Source: Gammaproteobacteria bacterium (GTDB lineage Bacteria > Pseudomonadota > Gammaproteobacteria > CBDBNL01 > JAAOII01). From it: DNA of 64,000 bases. Positions 21,085 through 31,159 of the stretch are shown here, one piece after another. Numbering within the stretch: position 1 is the first letter of the stretch; each line of letters starts with the position of its first letter. The notes under the pieces are model-generated. The model saw only the letters and a list, made by a program, of their open reading frames with translations, had not been told where the DNA came from and ran no database searches. The translations under genes and the position numbers were made by a program. The stretch spans positions 1,312,001 to 1,376,000 of the forward strand of contig OZ242372.1 in the NCBI GenBank assembly GCA_965209035.1, written 5' to 3'.

Positions 21085-21360
21085 ATGACAAAACAAGAAA
21101 TAGTGTCCGCGGTCGCCGAGGCGGCTGACATTAATAAGAGTCAAGCCGAAAAGGCATTGGGCTCTGTTTTGAGTAGCATCAGCGAGTCCTTATCGAAAGG
21201 AAACTCCGTTTCCTTCGCAGGATTCGGTGCTTTTAATGTTAAGCGCCGTGCCGCGCGGGCCGGCAGAAACCCGCAAACCGGTGCGGTGATTCAAATCGCC
21301 GCCGCCAACGCTGTTTCGTTCAAACCGAGCAGCGTTCTTAAAAAGATGGTTAATTCGTAA
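21085..21360 (+). CDS. hup: DNA-binding protein HU
   Basis: MTKQE...GFGAF...ARAGRNPQTG motif. Confidence 0.95.
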   Translation: MTKQEIVSAVAEAADINKSQAEKALGSVLSSISESLSKGNSVSFAGFGAFNVKRRAARAGRNPQTGAVIQIAAANAVSFKPSSVLKKMVNS

Positions 21361-21378
21361 GACCGCCTTTTTATTGTT

Positions 21379-21417
21379 AGGGAGAGGAGGGTGTTTACGG
21401 ATGCTCTCTTTTTCTTA
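21379..21417 (+). terminator. Intrinsic terminator after hup
   Basis: gggagaggagggtgttt...gatgctctcttttttct hairpin with U-tract. Confidence 0.55.
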
Positions 21418-21502
21418 GCAGGGGTCGCGGTCGGACGGGCCAAGGGCATAGGAATTTCCGACACAGAAAAAAATACACATACCATCAATCGGAAAAGAAA
21501 GA

Positions 21503-23404
21503 GTGTTACAAGAGATTAAAAAAAAATCCGGCAGCTGGATCGTCAAGACTCTAATCGGATTCATCGCCTTCACCTTTGTGTTGTGGGGGACCAGTTCTTT
21601 GTGGTCCTTATTACTGGAACCCGAAGAAGTGGCGGCTGTCAACGACGAGCCTATTTATATCGGGCAGTATGAAAACGCATACACCAATGCCAGGCGGACC
21701 GCCGAAGAGAATTTGGGCGCTTTGGAGGTGCTCTCCCGTGACAAGCAAAGAGAATTGCGGCAAGTCGTTCTTGAGGAGCTGATCAATAGCATTTTGGTTC
21801 GGCAAGCGGCAGACGAAGAGGGTCTCGGCTTATCGCCGGCACAATTGGATCAGATTATCGTTAATGACCCGACCTTTCAGATTCAGGGTAAGTTTGAGCA
21901 ACGGGTTTATACGGGTTTCTTACGCAACTCGCGTTTAAACTCGCGCGGTTACAAAGACTATTTGGTGCGCCGGTTTAAGCGCAACACCTATTTGGACGGA
22001 CACAGATCGGCCGCTTTTTATACATCGTCCATGCTGGAAGATTACATTGCCTGGAAGTTCCGGGAATATACCTACCGTTATGCCGAACTGCCGGCACCGG
22101 CCAAAGACAGGAATGACCTGCCCGCGGAAAACGAACTGCGCGTTTACTACGAAGAAAACTCGCGGCAGTACTTTCTGCCGGACAGATACAGGCTCCGTTA
22201 TGTGCATCTTTCCCGGGAAAAAACAGAGCCGCTGGCGGTGGTAGAAGAAAGTGAATTGGATAATCTGTATAACGAACGATACGGCGGTGCCTTGTTGCAG
22301 GCCAATGTGAGTATTTATCATATTTTGTTTAACGACCCGGGGGCAATTGATGATGAACTCATTGATCGGGCGGCGGCTTTGAGCGAGGGAATCCAAACTC
22401 TGCAAGAATTTAACGCAGCGGCGCGCGCAAACTCGGAAGACACGGTGACAGCCGCAAACGGCGGCTATATTGGCAATCTGCCGATCGGCCAGTTGCCGAC
22501 AAGTTTTGTGGGAGCAATCCGCGATCTGCCGCCGGGTGAAAAGAAGACACCCCCTTTTCGTTCCAACTTGGGGGTGCATTTGATGTGGGTGGATAATATG
22601 ACGGACGCGGATGTCCCGGCGTTTGCCGAGGTGCGCGAGGAATTGATCGCAGAGGCTCGCTACGAGCAAACGGAGGAACTTCTTTTGGAGAAGGCGGAAT
22701 TCCTCTCGGACTATATTCAATCCGAAGGCCAATTGCCGCAGGTCACCGCGGACTTTCCTTATCCGACGGAACAAAGCGACACACTGACCGCCGCATCGCC
22801 GCTGGTCATGGAATTCGGGCATGCATTTGCGGAAGAACTTGTCCTAATAGAAAGCGGTCAAACAAGCGATGTTATCTGGTTGGATGACGGCAGTTTTCTT
22901 GCGTTTGAAATGCAAGAGACTGTGCCGGCGGAGTTGCGCGGCTATGAAGAGGTCATGGAACAGGTGGCGGAAGACTATCTGAACCACCGGGCAAGACAAC
23001 GCTTTCTTGGAGAGTTGACGGAAACCATAGCCGGGATTAATAACGGCAGTTTGGATCCCAATGCGGCGGCTGATGTTCTTCCGCTGGTGAGATGGGAGAC
23101 GGCCGACACACTCTCGCGGGCAAAAGAGTTTAGAACCGAAACCGAAGATCGGATTCTTGCTTCGGTGTCCTCGCACCGAGTGCCGTTTGCAAACTACACG
23201 CAAACCGAAGACGGCGGTTATCTCTTGTTTGTTGTGGACGACATTGCCGTCAAATCATCGGAAAGTCTTGAAGACGAACTGCGGTTGCAAACGCACGAGG
23301 AATATCGCGCCGCCTTGTCTTTGACGACGGAAGAATGGCTGCTGGAAACATTAAACAACAAAGCCGAAATTAAAATCAATGCCGTTTCCGATATCGGCAG
23401 GTGA
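21503..23404 (+). CDS. ppiD: Periplasmic folding chaperone PpiD (SurA_N and rotamase domains)
   Basis: N-terminal TM segment; HILF...SEDTVTAANGG rotamase motif; hup-ppiD synteny. Confidence 0.8.
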   Translation: MLQEIKKKSGSWIVKTLIGFIAFTFVLWGTSSLWSLLLEPEEVAAVNDEPIYIGQYENAYTNARRTAEENLGALEVLSRDKQRELRQVVLEELINSILVRQAADEEGLGLSPAQLDQIIVNDPTFQIQGKFEQRVYTGFLRNSRLNSRGYKDYLVRRFKRNTYLDGHRSAAFYTSSMLEDYIAWKFREYTYRYAELPAPAKDRNDLPAENELRVYYEENSRQYFLPDRYRLRYVHLSREKTEPLAVVEESELDNLYNERYGGALLQANVSIYHILFNDPGAIDDELIDRAAALSEGIQTLQEFNAAARANSEDTVTAANGGYIGNLPIGQLPTSFVGAIRDLPPGEKKTPPFRSNLGVHLMWVDNMTDADVPAFAEVREELIAEARYEQTEELLLEKAEFLSDYIQSEGQLPQVTADFPYPTEQSDTLTAASPLVMEFGHAFAEELVLIESGQTSDVIWLDDGSFLAFEMQETVPAELRGYEEVMEQVAEDYLNHRARQRFLGELTETIAGINNGSLDPNAAADVLPLVRWETADTLSRAKEFRTETEDRILASVSSHRVPFANYTQTEDGGYLLFVVDDIAVKSSESLEDELRLQTHEEYRAALSLTTEEWLLETLNNKAEIKINAVSDIGR

Positions 23405-24242
23405 TCCCGCGGTCGCTTTTCTGGGTTGCGGCAATTTGGCAAGAGCCCTTCTTGGCGGTCTGGTTGCGGTCGGCTGTTCCCGGGACAAGTTTTACTTAAC
23501 CGCCGGCAGCTTTCCTTCGGCGAAGAAAACGGCGCGACTTTACGGGGCGCATGCCGTTGCGGATAATCCGACCGCGGTGCGGCTGGCGGATGTGATTCTT
23601 TTGGGTGTTAAACCCAATCTGGTGCCGCAGGTTTTGGCGGAAATTGCCCCTCATACGGATAAAAAACGGCATCTCACGGTGAGTCTGGCGGCCGGTTTGC
23701 GCTTGAAGAATCTGCAAACCTTGCAGCCCGGCGCGGTTGTGCGTGCCATGCCCAACTTGGCGAGCCGAGTGGGCGGCGGTGTTACCGCGATACTGGCTTC
23801 GCCGGATACGGACAAGGACCGGCTGTCTTTTGTCAAAACCTTTTTTTCCGCTTTCGGCAAAGTGGTTTGTATGAAAGATGACAAAGAAATGGATGTGTAC
23901 ACCGCGCTTTGCGGCAGCGGTCCCGCCTACTTCTGTTATTTTTTGCAAGCTCTCATTAGTAGCGCGAAATCTTTGGGGGTTAAAGAGGCGGCTGCGCGCG
24001 CCGCCTTGTTACGGACGGGACACGGCACTTTGGATTTGATGCGTGCGACCGGACGGACCCCCGCGGAACTCATTAACAAAATTGCAGTGCCGGGCGGGAC
24101 CACGCGCGCCGCTTTGGATACTCTGGAGTCTTTCGGCATGGAAGAAAAGCTGCATTCCGCTGTTTCCGCCGCCGTTCGGCGTTCGGCGGCCCTGGGCGAT
24201 ACGCACGATGCGCACGCAACGGAACCCCTGGAATCACCGTGA
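23379..24242 (+). CDS. proC: Pyrroline-5-carboxylate reductase
   Basis: FLGCGNLA, LGVKP, RAMPN, GSGPAY and PGGTT motifs. Confidence 0.92.
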   Translation: MPFPISAGDPAVAFLGCGNLARALLGGLVAVGCSRDKFYLTAGSFPSAKKTARLYGAHAVADNPTAVRLADVILLGVKPNLVPQVLAEIAPHTDKKRHLTVSLAAGLRLKNLQTLQPGAVVRAMPNLASRVGGGVTAILASPDTDKDRLSFVKTFFSAFGKVVCMKDDKEMDVYTALCGSGPAYFCYFLQALISSAKSLGVKEAAARAALLRTGHGTLDLMRATGRTPAELINKIAVPGGTTRAALDTLESFGMEEKLHSAVSAAVRRSAALGDTHDAHATEPLESP

Positions 24243-24814
24243 CCCTGTTGGCTTTTTTGGCGGTGTTGCCGCCGAGTATTTTGGCATTTCTAAGTCTTCT
24301 GCGTTTTGTGTGTCAACTTCACAAAGTAGACTTTTACAACGGCATTGTCCGATTTTTGCGGACATTCACCGATTTTTATTGCCGACCGCTGCGGGCAATC
24401 TTGCCAAGTTTGGGGCGCATAGACCCGGCAAGTCTGCTCGCGGCATACCTGTTGGAATTGGCCGCTTTTTTCTTGTTGTTTGGTATTCAAGCGGCCGGCG
24501 TTCTGCCGATATTTCAACTGATGATGTGGGCGGCACTTGCCTTGCTGGGCATGGTATTACGAGTTTACTTTATCGCGCTTCTGTTGACGGTCATATTCAG
24601 TTGGGTGCGTCCCCAAGGCTCCGGCGCGATTGCCGGTTTAAGCAATCAGTTGATCGCGCCGCTTCTCGCCCCCATTCATAAAATCTTGCCCCCTATGGGC
24701 GGCCTGGACTTTTCCCCCATCCTGTTGTTCTTTTTAATTTACTTTCTGCGTGCTGTTTGGCGGAATACGGCTATTCTAACCGGTATGCCGATGTTCTTGC
24801 TATTTGGCGCATAG
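24239..24814 (+). CDS. yggT: YggT family membrane protein
   Basis: DFYNGI...PL and GGLDFSPI motifs; proC-yggT synteny. Confidence 0.85.
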   Translation: MTLLAFLAVLPPSILAFLSLLRFVCQLHKVDFYNGIVRFLRTFTDFYCRPLRAILPSLGRIDPASLLAAYLLELAAFFLLFGIQAAGVLPIFQLMMWAALALLGMVLRVYFIALLLTVIFSWVRPQGSGAIAGLSNQLIAPLLAPIHKILPPMGGLDFSPILLFFLIYFLRAVWRNTAILTGMPMFLLFGA

Positions 24815-24837
24815 GTATTTTTAGATTTTTCGTTTCT

Positions 24838-26118
24838 TTGCCTGCCCCCCAAAATAACTGGCTGTTGCCGGCCGCCATAGAAGAATTTCATCCGCCGCAT
24901 GCGGAAACCTTCCGGAATATGCAGTCGCGTCTTCTGCAAATTTTCTTCGGTTACGGTTATCAGTTCATACTGCCGCCGACTGTGGAGTATGCCCATTCGC
25001 TGGTGCTAAACTCCAAAGCGGACCCCGAACACGAGCCGGTTGTTTTTTACGGCGCGGATCCGCCGCTGGGTTTGCGCGCCGACTTCACGCCTCAGGCGGC
25101 GCGTATGGATGCCGGTATGGCGGACCAAAGCAAGGATAAGGAGATGATCCCAAACCGACTGTGCTATTGCGGCGAGGTGTTTCGTCGCCACGGCGAGAGT
25201 GAGTATAACCCCCGGCATCTGGGTGCGGAACTGTTTGGCGAAGAGGGGACGAGTGCCGACCATGAAGTGATTTCTCTTTTGGCGAGTTGTATTGCCGATG
25301 TTCACCGGGACGAGTATGTCTTAAGTTTGGGGCACGCCTCCTGGTGCGGCAAGCTTGTCAAGGCGGCCGGCCTGCGAGCCGAAGACGCCGAGCATTACTA
25401 TCAATTATTGGCGTGCAAGTCCATCGATAGAATCACATCCTTTGTGGCGTCGCTTGATCTCGCCGACGCGGTTCGTGACATATTGACACAGCTGCCGCAC
25501 CTTTGCGGTGACGACCGGATTCTTGCCAAGGCGGTGCTTCTGACAGAGCCTCTAAAAAACAGCGAAGTGAATCAAACCTTGGCGGAATTGCAAAAGTTGT
25601 GCCGTCTCATTAAAAAGGACGGCGACGCCAAGATGCGTTTGTTTCTGGACCTGGCGGAGGTGCCGGGGCGCGGTTATTCCTATCACAACGGTCCCGTATT
25701 CGGTGTTTATCTGCCCGATCATTCGGCATGCCTTGCCAAGGGCGGCAGATACGACGCCATAGGCGCGCACTTCGACAGCGGCGGCAGCGGCGGCAGCGGC
25801 CGACCCGCCACCGGGTTCGGTATTAACTTGGGCGCGCTCTTTCGTTATCTTGTGAACCGTAACGCTATTTGTTCGGAGACACCCGCCCCGATTTTTGCAC
25901 CCTATGCCCCGAATGACGCATCCCTAATTACGACTTTGCGCGCTCTGCGTGCCGACAACAAACGCATCGTCCGCGCCCTGAGACCCGGCCAAACCGCCAG
26001 ATCTCTCGGCTGTGCCGCCGAATTGGTGAAAGAGAACGACAGATGGCGGGTTAAAAAACTGCCGCCCAAACAAAAGGCGGGGAATAATAAAGAGAATAAA
26101 GAGAATAAAGAGAATTAA
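24838..26118 (+). CDS. hisZ: ATP phosphoribosyltransferase regulatory subunit
   Basis: WLLP, LRADFTPQAAR, RLCYCG, GAELFG and GGRYD motifs; upstream of purA; start uncertain (TTG 24838 assumed). Confidence 0.85.
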   Translation: MPAPQNNWLLPAAIEEFHPPHAETFRNMQSRLLQIFFGYGYQFILPPTVEYAHSLVLNSKADPEHEPVVFYGADPPLGLRADFTPQAARMDAGMADQSKDKEMIPNRLCYCGEVFRRHGESEYNPRHLGAELFGEEGTSADHEVISLLASCIADVHRDEYVLSLGHASWCGKLVKAAGLRAEDAEHYYQLLACKSIDRITSFVASLDLADAVRDILTQLPHLCGDDRILAKAVLLTEPLKNSEVNQTLAELQKLCRLIKKDGDAKMRLFLDLAEVPGRGYSYHNGPVFGVYLPDHSACLAKGGRYDAIGAHFDSGGSGGSGRPATGFGINLGALFRYLVNRNAICSETPAPIFAPYAPNDASLITTLRALRADNKRIVRALRPGQTARSLGCAAELVKENDRWRVKKLPPKQKAGNNKENKENKEN

Positions 26119-26129
26119 GGAGTAATAAG

Positions 26130-27383
26130 GTGACGAGTGACAAGATGCGTTTAAGCGACCCAAATAGCAAGGTAACGGTTCTCCTCGGCTTGCAGTGGGG
26201 AGACGAAGGCAAGGGCAAACTGGCGGACGCGCTTTGTGAGGATACGGATTTTGCGGTCCGCTATCAAGGGGGGCATAATGCCGGGCATACGGTCTTTCAT
26301 GCGGGCAAGGTGCGCAAGTTGCATCTTCTTCCTTGCGGCAGTCTGCGTCGGTCGGTGCATTGTGTGATTGCCGAGGGTGTCGTTCTGTCTTTGGATGCTC
26401 TGCTCGCCGAAGTTGCCATGATTTCGGACATCGGCCCGTTGGACGGGAGACTCTCTGTCGGCGCCGACTGTCCGCTGTTGCTGCCGAGCCATCGGGCCCT
26501 GGACGAGGCAGCCGAAAAAAAGAATTCCCTTATCGGAACGACCAGACGCGGCATAGGTCCGGCCTACGAGGATTTTTACGCCCGGCGCGGTCTGCTGTTG
26601 CGAGATGCTTTTGCCGCAGATTTTTACGCCCGCATCACCGAACTAATGAATTATCATAATTTCCTTCTCAAAAACTACTACGGCGCGCCGGAGGTGCCCG
26701 TGCAAAAGACAGCCGCCCTTGTGGTAAGTCAGGCGGAAGAGATCAGCGCGTTTGTTACGGACACCGCCGCGTTGCTGCGCACCGCCAAGGATGCGGGCAA
26801 AAGGATCTTTCTGGAAGGCGCGCAGGGTTGCGGCCTGGATCCTTGTCACGGCACCTATCCGTTTGTTACTGCTTCGTATCCGTCTGTCGGCGGCGCATTG
26901 ATCGGCAGCGGTCTTTCTCACAAAGACATTGATCGGGTGCTGGGCGTCATCAAAGTCTATGCGACTCGGGTCGGCGCGGGTCCTTTCCTGACGGAACAAA
27001 AAAATACGAACGGCGAATCCTTGCAAGCACGGGGCAAAGAATTCGGCACTACCACGGGGCGGAAACGGCGCTGCGGCTGGCTTGATCTGGTCGATGTTCG
27101 CAGAACCGCGCAAATCAACGGCACAGACGCCCTGCTTGTTACCAAGGCGGATGTTTTCGATGATCTTGAACGGATTCGGGTATGTACCGAATATGCCCCG
27201 AACGGCGAGCCGATTTACCGGGACCTGCCGGGCTGGCGGGAGAATATCAGTGACAAACGCACTTATGATCAACTGCCCGCCCGTCTGCACGATTTCATTT
27301 CCCTAATAAAACAGAAGGCGGGGGTCCCCGTCTTGGGTCTTTCCGTCGGTCCCCGCCGGGAACAATTAATTCCTTGTCAATAA
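26130..27383 (+). CDS. purA: Adenylosuccinate synthetase
   Basis: QWGDEGKGK, GGHNAGHT and EFGTTTGRKRRCGW motifs. Confidence 0.97.
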   Translation: MTSDKMRLSDPNSKVTVLLGLQWGDEGKGKLADALCEDTDFAVRYQGGHNAGHTVFHAGKVRKLHLLPCGSLRRSVHCVIAEGVVLSLDALLAEVAMISDIGPLDGRLSVGADCPLLLPSHRALDEAAEKKNSLIGTTRRGIGPAYEDFYARRGLLLRDAFAADFYARITELMNYHNFLLKNYYGAPEVPVQKTAALVVSQAEEISAFVTDTAALLRTAKDAGKRIFLEGAQGCGLDPCHGTYPFVTASYPSVGGALIGSGLSHKDIDRVLGVIKVYATRVGAGPFLTEQKNTNGESLQARGKEFGTTTGRKRRCGWLDLVDVRRTAQINGTDALLVTKADVFDDLERIRVCTEYAPNGEPIYRDLPGWRENISDKRTYDQLPARLHDFISLIKQKAGVPVLGLSVGPRREQLIPCQ

Positions 27384-27387
27384 CAAC

Positions 27388-28512
27388 ATGACAACCGATA
27401 CCCCGACATGGGGTGAATTGACAGAGCAAGCGGCGGACTTTCGCCGCCGGACGGACGACTTGAAACGCATCGCCGATTACGCAACAGTGAAGCGGGAACT
27501 GGCCGAGGTGCGCGAGCAACTGAAAGCGAGCAATCTCTGGGATGATCCGGACAAAGCGCGCGAACTCGGTAAGCGGGAATCCCGTCTGGCGGTAACCTTG
27601 GGTGAGTTGGATGCGATTAGCGAACAGGTGGCGGATCTGTTGGGTCTCATAGAACTCGGACGCGACGAGAAGGATGAAAGCATGCAAACGGAATTGGCGG
27701 CCGATATGGGGAAACTCTTGAAAAAATTGGAAAAAACGGAGTTTCGCTCGGTGTTTTCCGGCGAACACGATGCCGGCAATGCGTTTTTGGAAATTCAAGC
27801 CGGCTCGGGCGGGACCGAAGCACAGGACTGGGCGGAAATGCTGCTGCGCATGTATCTGCGTTGGTGCGAAAGACGCGGTTTTGTCACGGAGATGTTGGAG
27901 TATTCGCCGGGCGAAGTGGCGGGCATCAAAGGTGCCAGTGTTCTTTGTCGCGGCGACCATGCATACGGCTGGCTGCGCACCGAAAGCGGTATCCATCGCC
28001 TTGTTCGCAAGTCGCCCTTTGACTCCGGCAATCGGCGGCATACTTCGTTCGCTTCGGTTTTTGTTACGCCGGAAATTGACGATAATATTGAAATTCACAT
28101 CAACCCCAAAGACCTGCGGGTGGATACCTATCGGGCGAGCGGTGCCGGCGGCCAACATGTCAACAAAACCGACTCGGCGGTGCGCATCACCCATATCCCC
28201 AGCGGACTTGTGGCACAGTGTCAAAGCCAGCGTTCGCAGCATCAAAACCGGGAGAACGCCATGCGTCAGCTGCGCGCCAAGCTGTGGCATATTGAGGTGG
28301 AAAAGTTATCCGGCGCCAAGCGCGAGTTGGAAGCCGCCAAGGATGACATTTCCTGGGGTTACCAGATCCGCTCTTATGTGTTGGATGCGTCGCGCATCAA
28401 GGACCTGCGCACCGGTATCGAAGTCAGTGACTGCAATCGGGTGCTGGACGGCGACCTGGATGTCTTCATAGAAGCCGGGTTGCGTCATGCCGGCGAGCAA
28501 CGGCACGCTTAA
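27388..28512 (+). CDS. prfB: Peptide chain release factor 2, continuous ORF
   Basis: SPF and GGQ motifs; GTEAQDW; no internal frameshift. Confidence 0.96.
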   Translation: MTTDTPTWGELTEQAADFRRRTDDLKRIADYATVKRELAEVREQLKASNLWDDPDKARELGKRESRLAVTLGELDAISEQVADLLGLIELGRDEKDESMQTELAADMGKLLKKLEKTEFRSVFSGEHDAGNAFLEIQAGSGGTEAQDWAEMLLRMYLRWCERRGFVTEMLEYSPGEVAGIKGASVLCRGDHAYGWLRTESGIHRLVRKSPFDSGNRRHTSFASVFVTPEIDDNIEIHINPKDLRVDTYRASGAGGQHVNKTDSAVRITHIPSGLVAQCQSQRSQHQNRENAMRQLRAKLWHIEVEKLSGAKRELEAAKDDISWGYQIRSYVLDASRIKDLRTGIEVSDCNRVLDGDLDVFIEAGLRHAGEQRHA

Positions 28513-28972
28513 GATAGATCTTTGGCGGTGACGATGATGGGCGCAGGCGAAGGAAAGGTCAGTGACTGCAATCGGGTGCTGGACGGCGACCCGGATGTCT
28601 TCATAGAAGCCGGGCTGCATCATGGACTGCGTCATGCCGGCGAGCAACGGCACGCTTAAGATAGATCTTTGGCGGTGACGATGATGGGCGCAGGCGAAGG
28701 AAAAGTCAGTGACTGCAATCGGGTGCTGGACGGCGACCCGGATGTCTTCATAGAAGCCGGGCTGCATCATGGACTGCGTCATGCCGGCGAGCAACGGCAC
28801 GCTTAAGATAGATCTTTGGCGGTGACGATGATGGGCGCAGGCGAAGGAAAAGTCAGTGACTGCAATCGGGTGTTGGACGGCGACCCGGATGTCTTCATAG
28901 AAGCCGGGCTGCATCATGGATTGCGTCATGCCGGCGAGCAACGGCACGCTTAAGATAGATCTTTGGCGGTGA
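28423..28972 (+). repeat. Tandem echoes of the prfB 3' end (units start 28423, 28558, 28705, 28852)
   Basis: Periods of 135, 147 and 147 bp; each unit contains the last 29 or more codons and the stop. Confidence 0.95.
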
Positions 28973-29005
28973 GCGACGGCAATCTGTCCTAAGTAAATTC
29001 TCACG

Positions 29006-30082
29006 ATGCCATTGAAAGAAACGGAATCGGGTATTGCCCTCGGCGAAATCGCCCGACTACTGGGTGCCGAACAGGTACACGGTCACCCGGAACTGCGGAT
29101 CACGGGTCTGACCGAATTGGGCATGCGCGCACCCGACAAGATGACATTTTTTACATCGGCCGCGTATGCCGGCAAGTTGGCACAGACCGACTGCGCCGCG
29201 CTGCTAACCGCCGATGAGTTGTTGGAGCGGACAAAACAGGAACTGCCCAAGTCGGTTGCCGTTCTGGTTTGTCGCAAACATTCTCTTGCGGATTCTGTGC
29301 AACTGCTGTTCGAGATGTTCGCTCCCGCGGAACATTCTCCGGACGGCGAGAAGGATCTCTCGGCACATGCGATCATCGGCGAGGGAACGGAATACGGCGA
29401 AGGGACGGTGATTGGCAGGGCGGTAATCGGCAAGAACTGCAGTTTGGGAAAAAACTGTCGCATTGCCTCCGGCGTTCACATTGCCGACGATGTTGTGATG
29501 GGCGATGACTGTGTCATTTGGCCCAATGTCACCGTGTATGCGCGAACCCGAATAGGTAACAGAGTGGCGGTGCATGCCGGCAGTGTTCTCGGCAGTGATG
29601 GATTTGGCTACACGGATGCGGCGGCCGGCAAAGAGCGAATCAAAAAACCGCATCTCGGCCGCCTGGTCATAGAAGACGATGTGGAAATCGGCGCCAACTG
29701 TTGCCTGGACCGGGCACTTTTGAGTGAGACCCGAATAGGCGAAAAAACCAAGATAGACAACCTGGTGCATATCGCTCACAATATCACGATTGGCAAGCGT
29801 GTGATCATTTGCGCTCAGGTCGGGTTCGGCGGTTCCACACACATAGGCGACGACACGGTGATCGGCGGTCATGCCTGTTTTGCCGATCATATCCGGGTGG
29901 GCAAACGCAATTTTATTTACGGCGCCAGTGTGGTCATCGGCGATACCAAGGATGACGAGCACCTGTTCGGCTACCCGGCCCAAAACAAACGCAAATTCTT
30001 GCAAGAAACGGCAATGATGCGCCGCCTGCCGGATTTCATGCGCCGTCTCTTGCGTTTGGAAGCGGGCAATTCAAAGAAATAG
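29006..30082 (+). CDS. lpxD: UDP-3-O-acylglucosamine N-acyltransferase
   Basis: Hexapeptide repeats; GSDGFGY, DVEIGAN and [11 protein letters not shown] motifs. Confidence 0.93.
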   Translation: MPLKETESGIALGEIARLLGAEQVHGHPELRITGLTELGMRAPDKMTFFTSAAYAGKLAQTDCAALLTADELLERTKQELPKSVAVLVCRKHSLADSVQLLFEMFAPAEHSPDGEKDLSAHAIIGEGTEYGEGTVIGRAVIGKNCSLGKNCRIASGVHIADDVVMGDDCVIWPNVTVYARTRIGNRVAVHAGSVLGSDGFGYTDAAAGKERIKKPHLGRLVIEDDVEIGANCCLDRALLSETRIGEKTKIDNLVHIAHNITIGKRVIICAQVGFGGSTHIGDDTVIGGHACFADHIRVGKRNFIYGASVVIGDTKDDEHLFGYPAQNKRKFLQETAMMRRLPDFMRRLLRLEAGNSKK

Positions 30083-30216
30083 CCTCTTCACCGGCAACCG
30101 TCGGAGATGACGCGGCAGCCGGATTTTTATAACAGACTGGCGGAAGAGACGTACGGGAAATGCTTAGGGGCTTCTTAAAAGTAAAAGTAGCCAAAATTGG
30201 TTCCTGCCAAAACCGG
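30068..30216 (+). repeat. 149-bp direct repeat, left copy (includes lpxD stop)
   Basis: Ungapped imperfect match to 32314-32462. Confidence 0.9.
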
Positions 30217-30424
30217 GTGAGATCATACGGATCATACGAAAAAAAGTAACTTAGGCATAAAATATAACAACACGACAACGCAACAATGCACCGATTATGA
30301 ATCATACTCTTCTTAATGTTCCAAAGCGGACAATTTTTTGCCACGATAACTTGAATATCTTACGCGGTATTAACAATGCATGTATAGATTTGATTTACCT
30401 GGACCCTCCTTTCAATAAAAACAA

Positions 30425-31159
30425 GGGGCTAGACTAATTGAGAGGTAAAATATGAGCATAAATGCCAGTAAATACAAGGAAAAATCGGTATGTTTTTCGT
30501 TCCAGAATCTCGGAGCGGAAATTTCGGCAGTTGATCAAGCTATTTGCCCTGGATCTGGATGCAAATAAGATAGCAATACTGACTGGATTGAATCGTAATA
30601 CGGTGAACAAATATTTGATGATGCTTCGGCAACGGTTGGCGGGGGCGTGTTGTTACCAAAAAAATCTTGCGGTGAATTTGAAGTGGATGAGAGTTATTTT
30701 GGACCAAGGCGTATTCCCGGTCCTCGTGGTCGCGGTGCCGGCAACAAGACCATTGTCGTTGGTGTGCTCAAACGCGGTGGCAAAGTGTCTACGGAGATTG
30801 TGCCGGACTGCTCAAAAAGCCAGTTATTACGCGTGATTCGTGGTCGTGTCGGTGAGGATAGTATCATCCACACGGATAGCTGGCCAGGTTATAATGGATT
30901 GATTGATATGGGTTATAAGAAACATTATCGGGTTCGTCATGGAGACCATGAGTTTGCTGTGGGAACGAATCACATCAATGGGATAGAAAGTTTTTGGAGT
31001 TATACCAAGGCGCGTCTGGCACGTTTGCATGGCTTACGTGCCGAATATTTTTTGTTGCACTTGAAAGAATGTGAGTTCCGTTTCAATCACCGGAACAAAA
31101 ACTTCTATCAAGTCATGCTAAAATTGTTAAGAAAAAGACCCCTCAGTTAGTCTAGCCCC
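30425..31159 (+). mobile_element. IS1595-family (IS1016-like) insertion sequence, 735 bp
   Basis: Terminal inverted repeats ggggctagactaattgag / ctcagttagtctagcccc; 7-bp duplication aaaacaa; transposase motifs EVDESYFG, HTD, INGIESFW, EFRFN. Confidence 0.93.
30462..31150 (+). CDS. IS1595 transposase in two overlapping frames (-1 shift near A7 at 30658-30664)
   Basis: ORF 30462-30836 (HTH-like N-terminus) and ORF 30647-31150 (catalytic domain). Confidence 0.75.

Noticed and set aside
28306-29004. 232-aa minus-strand ORF
   Set aside because: By-product of repeat periods that are multiples of 3
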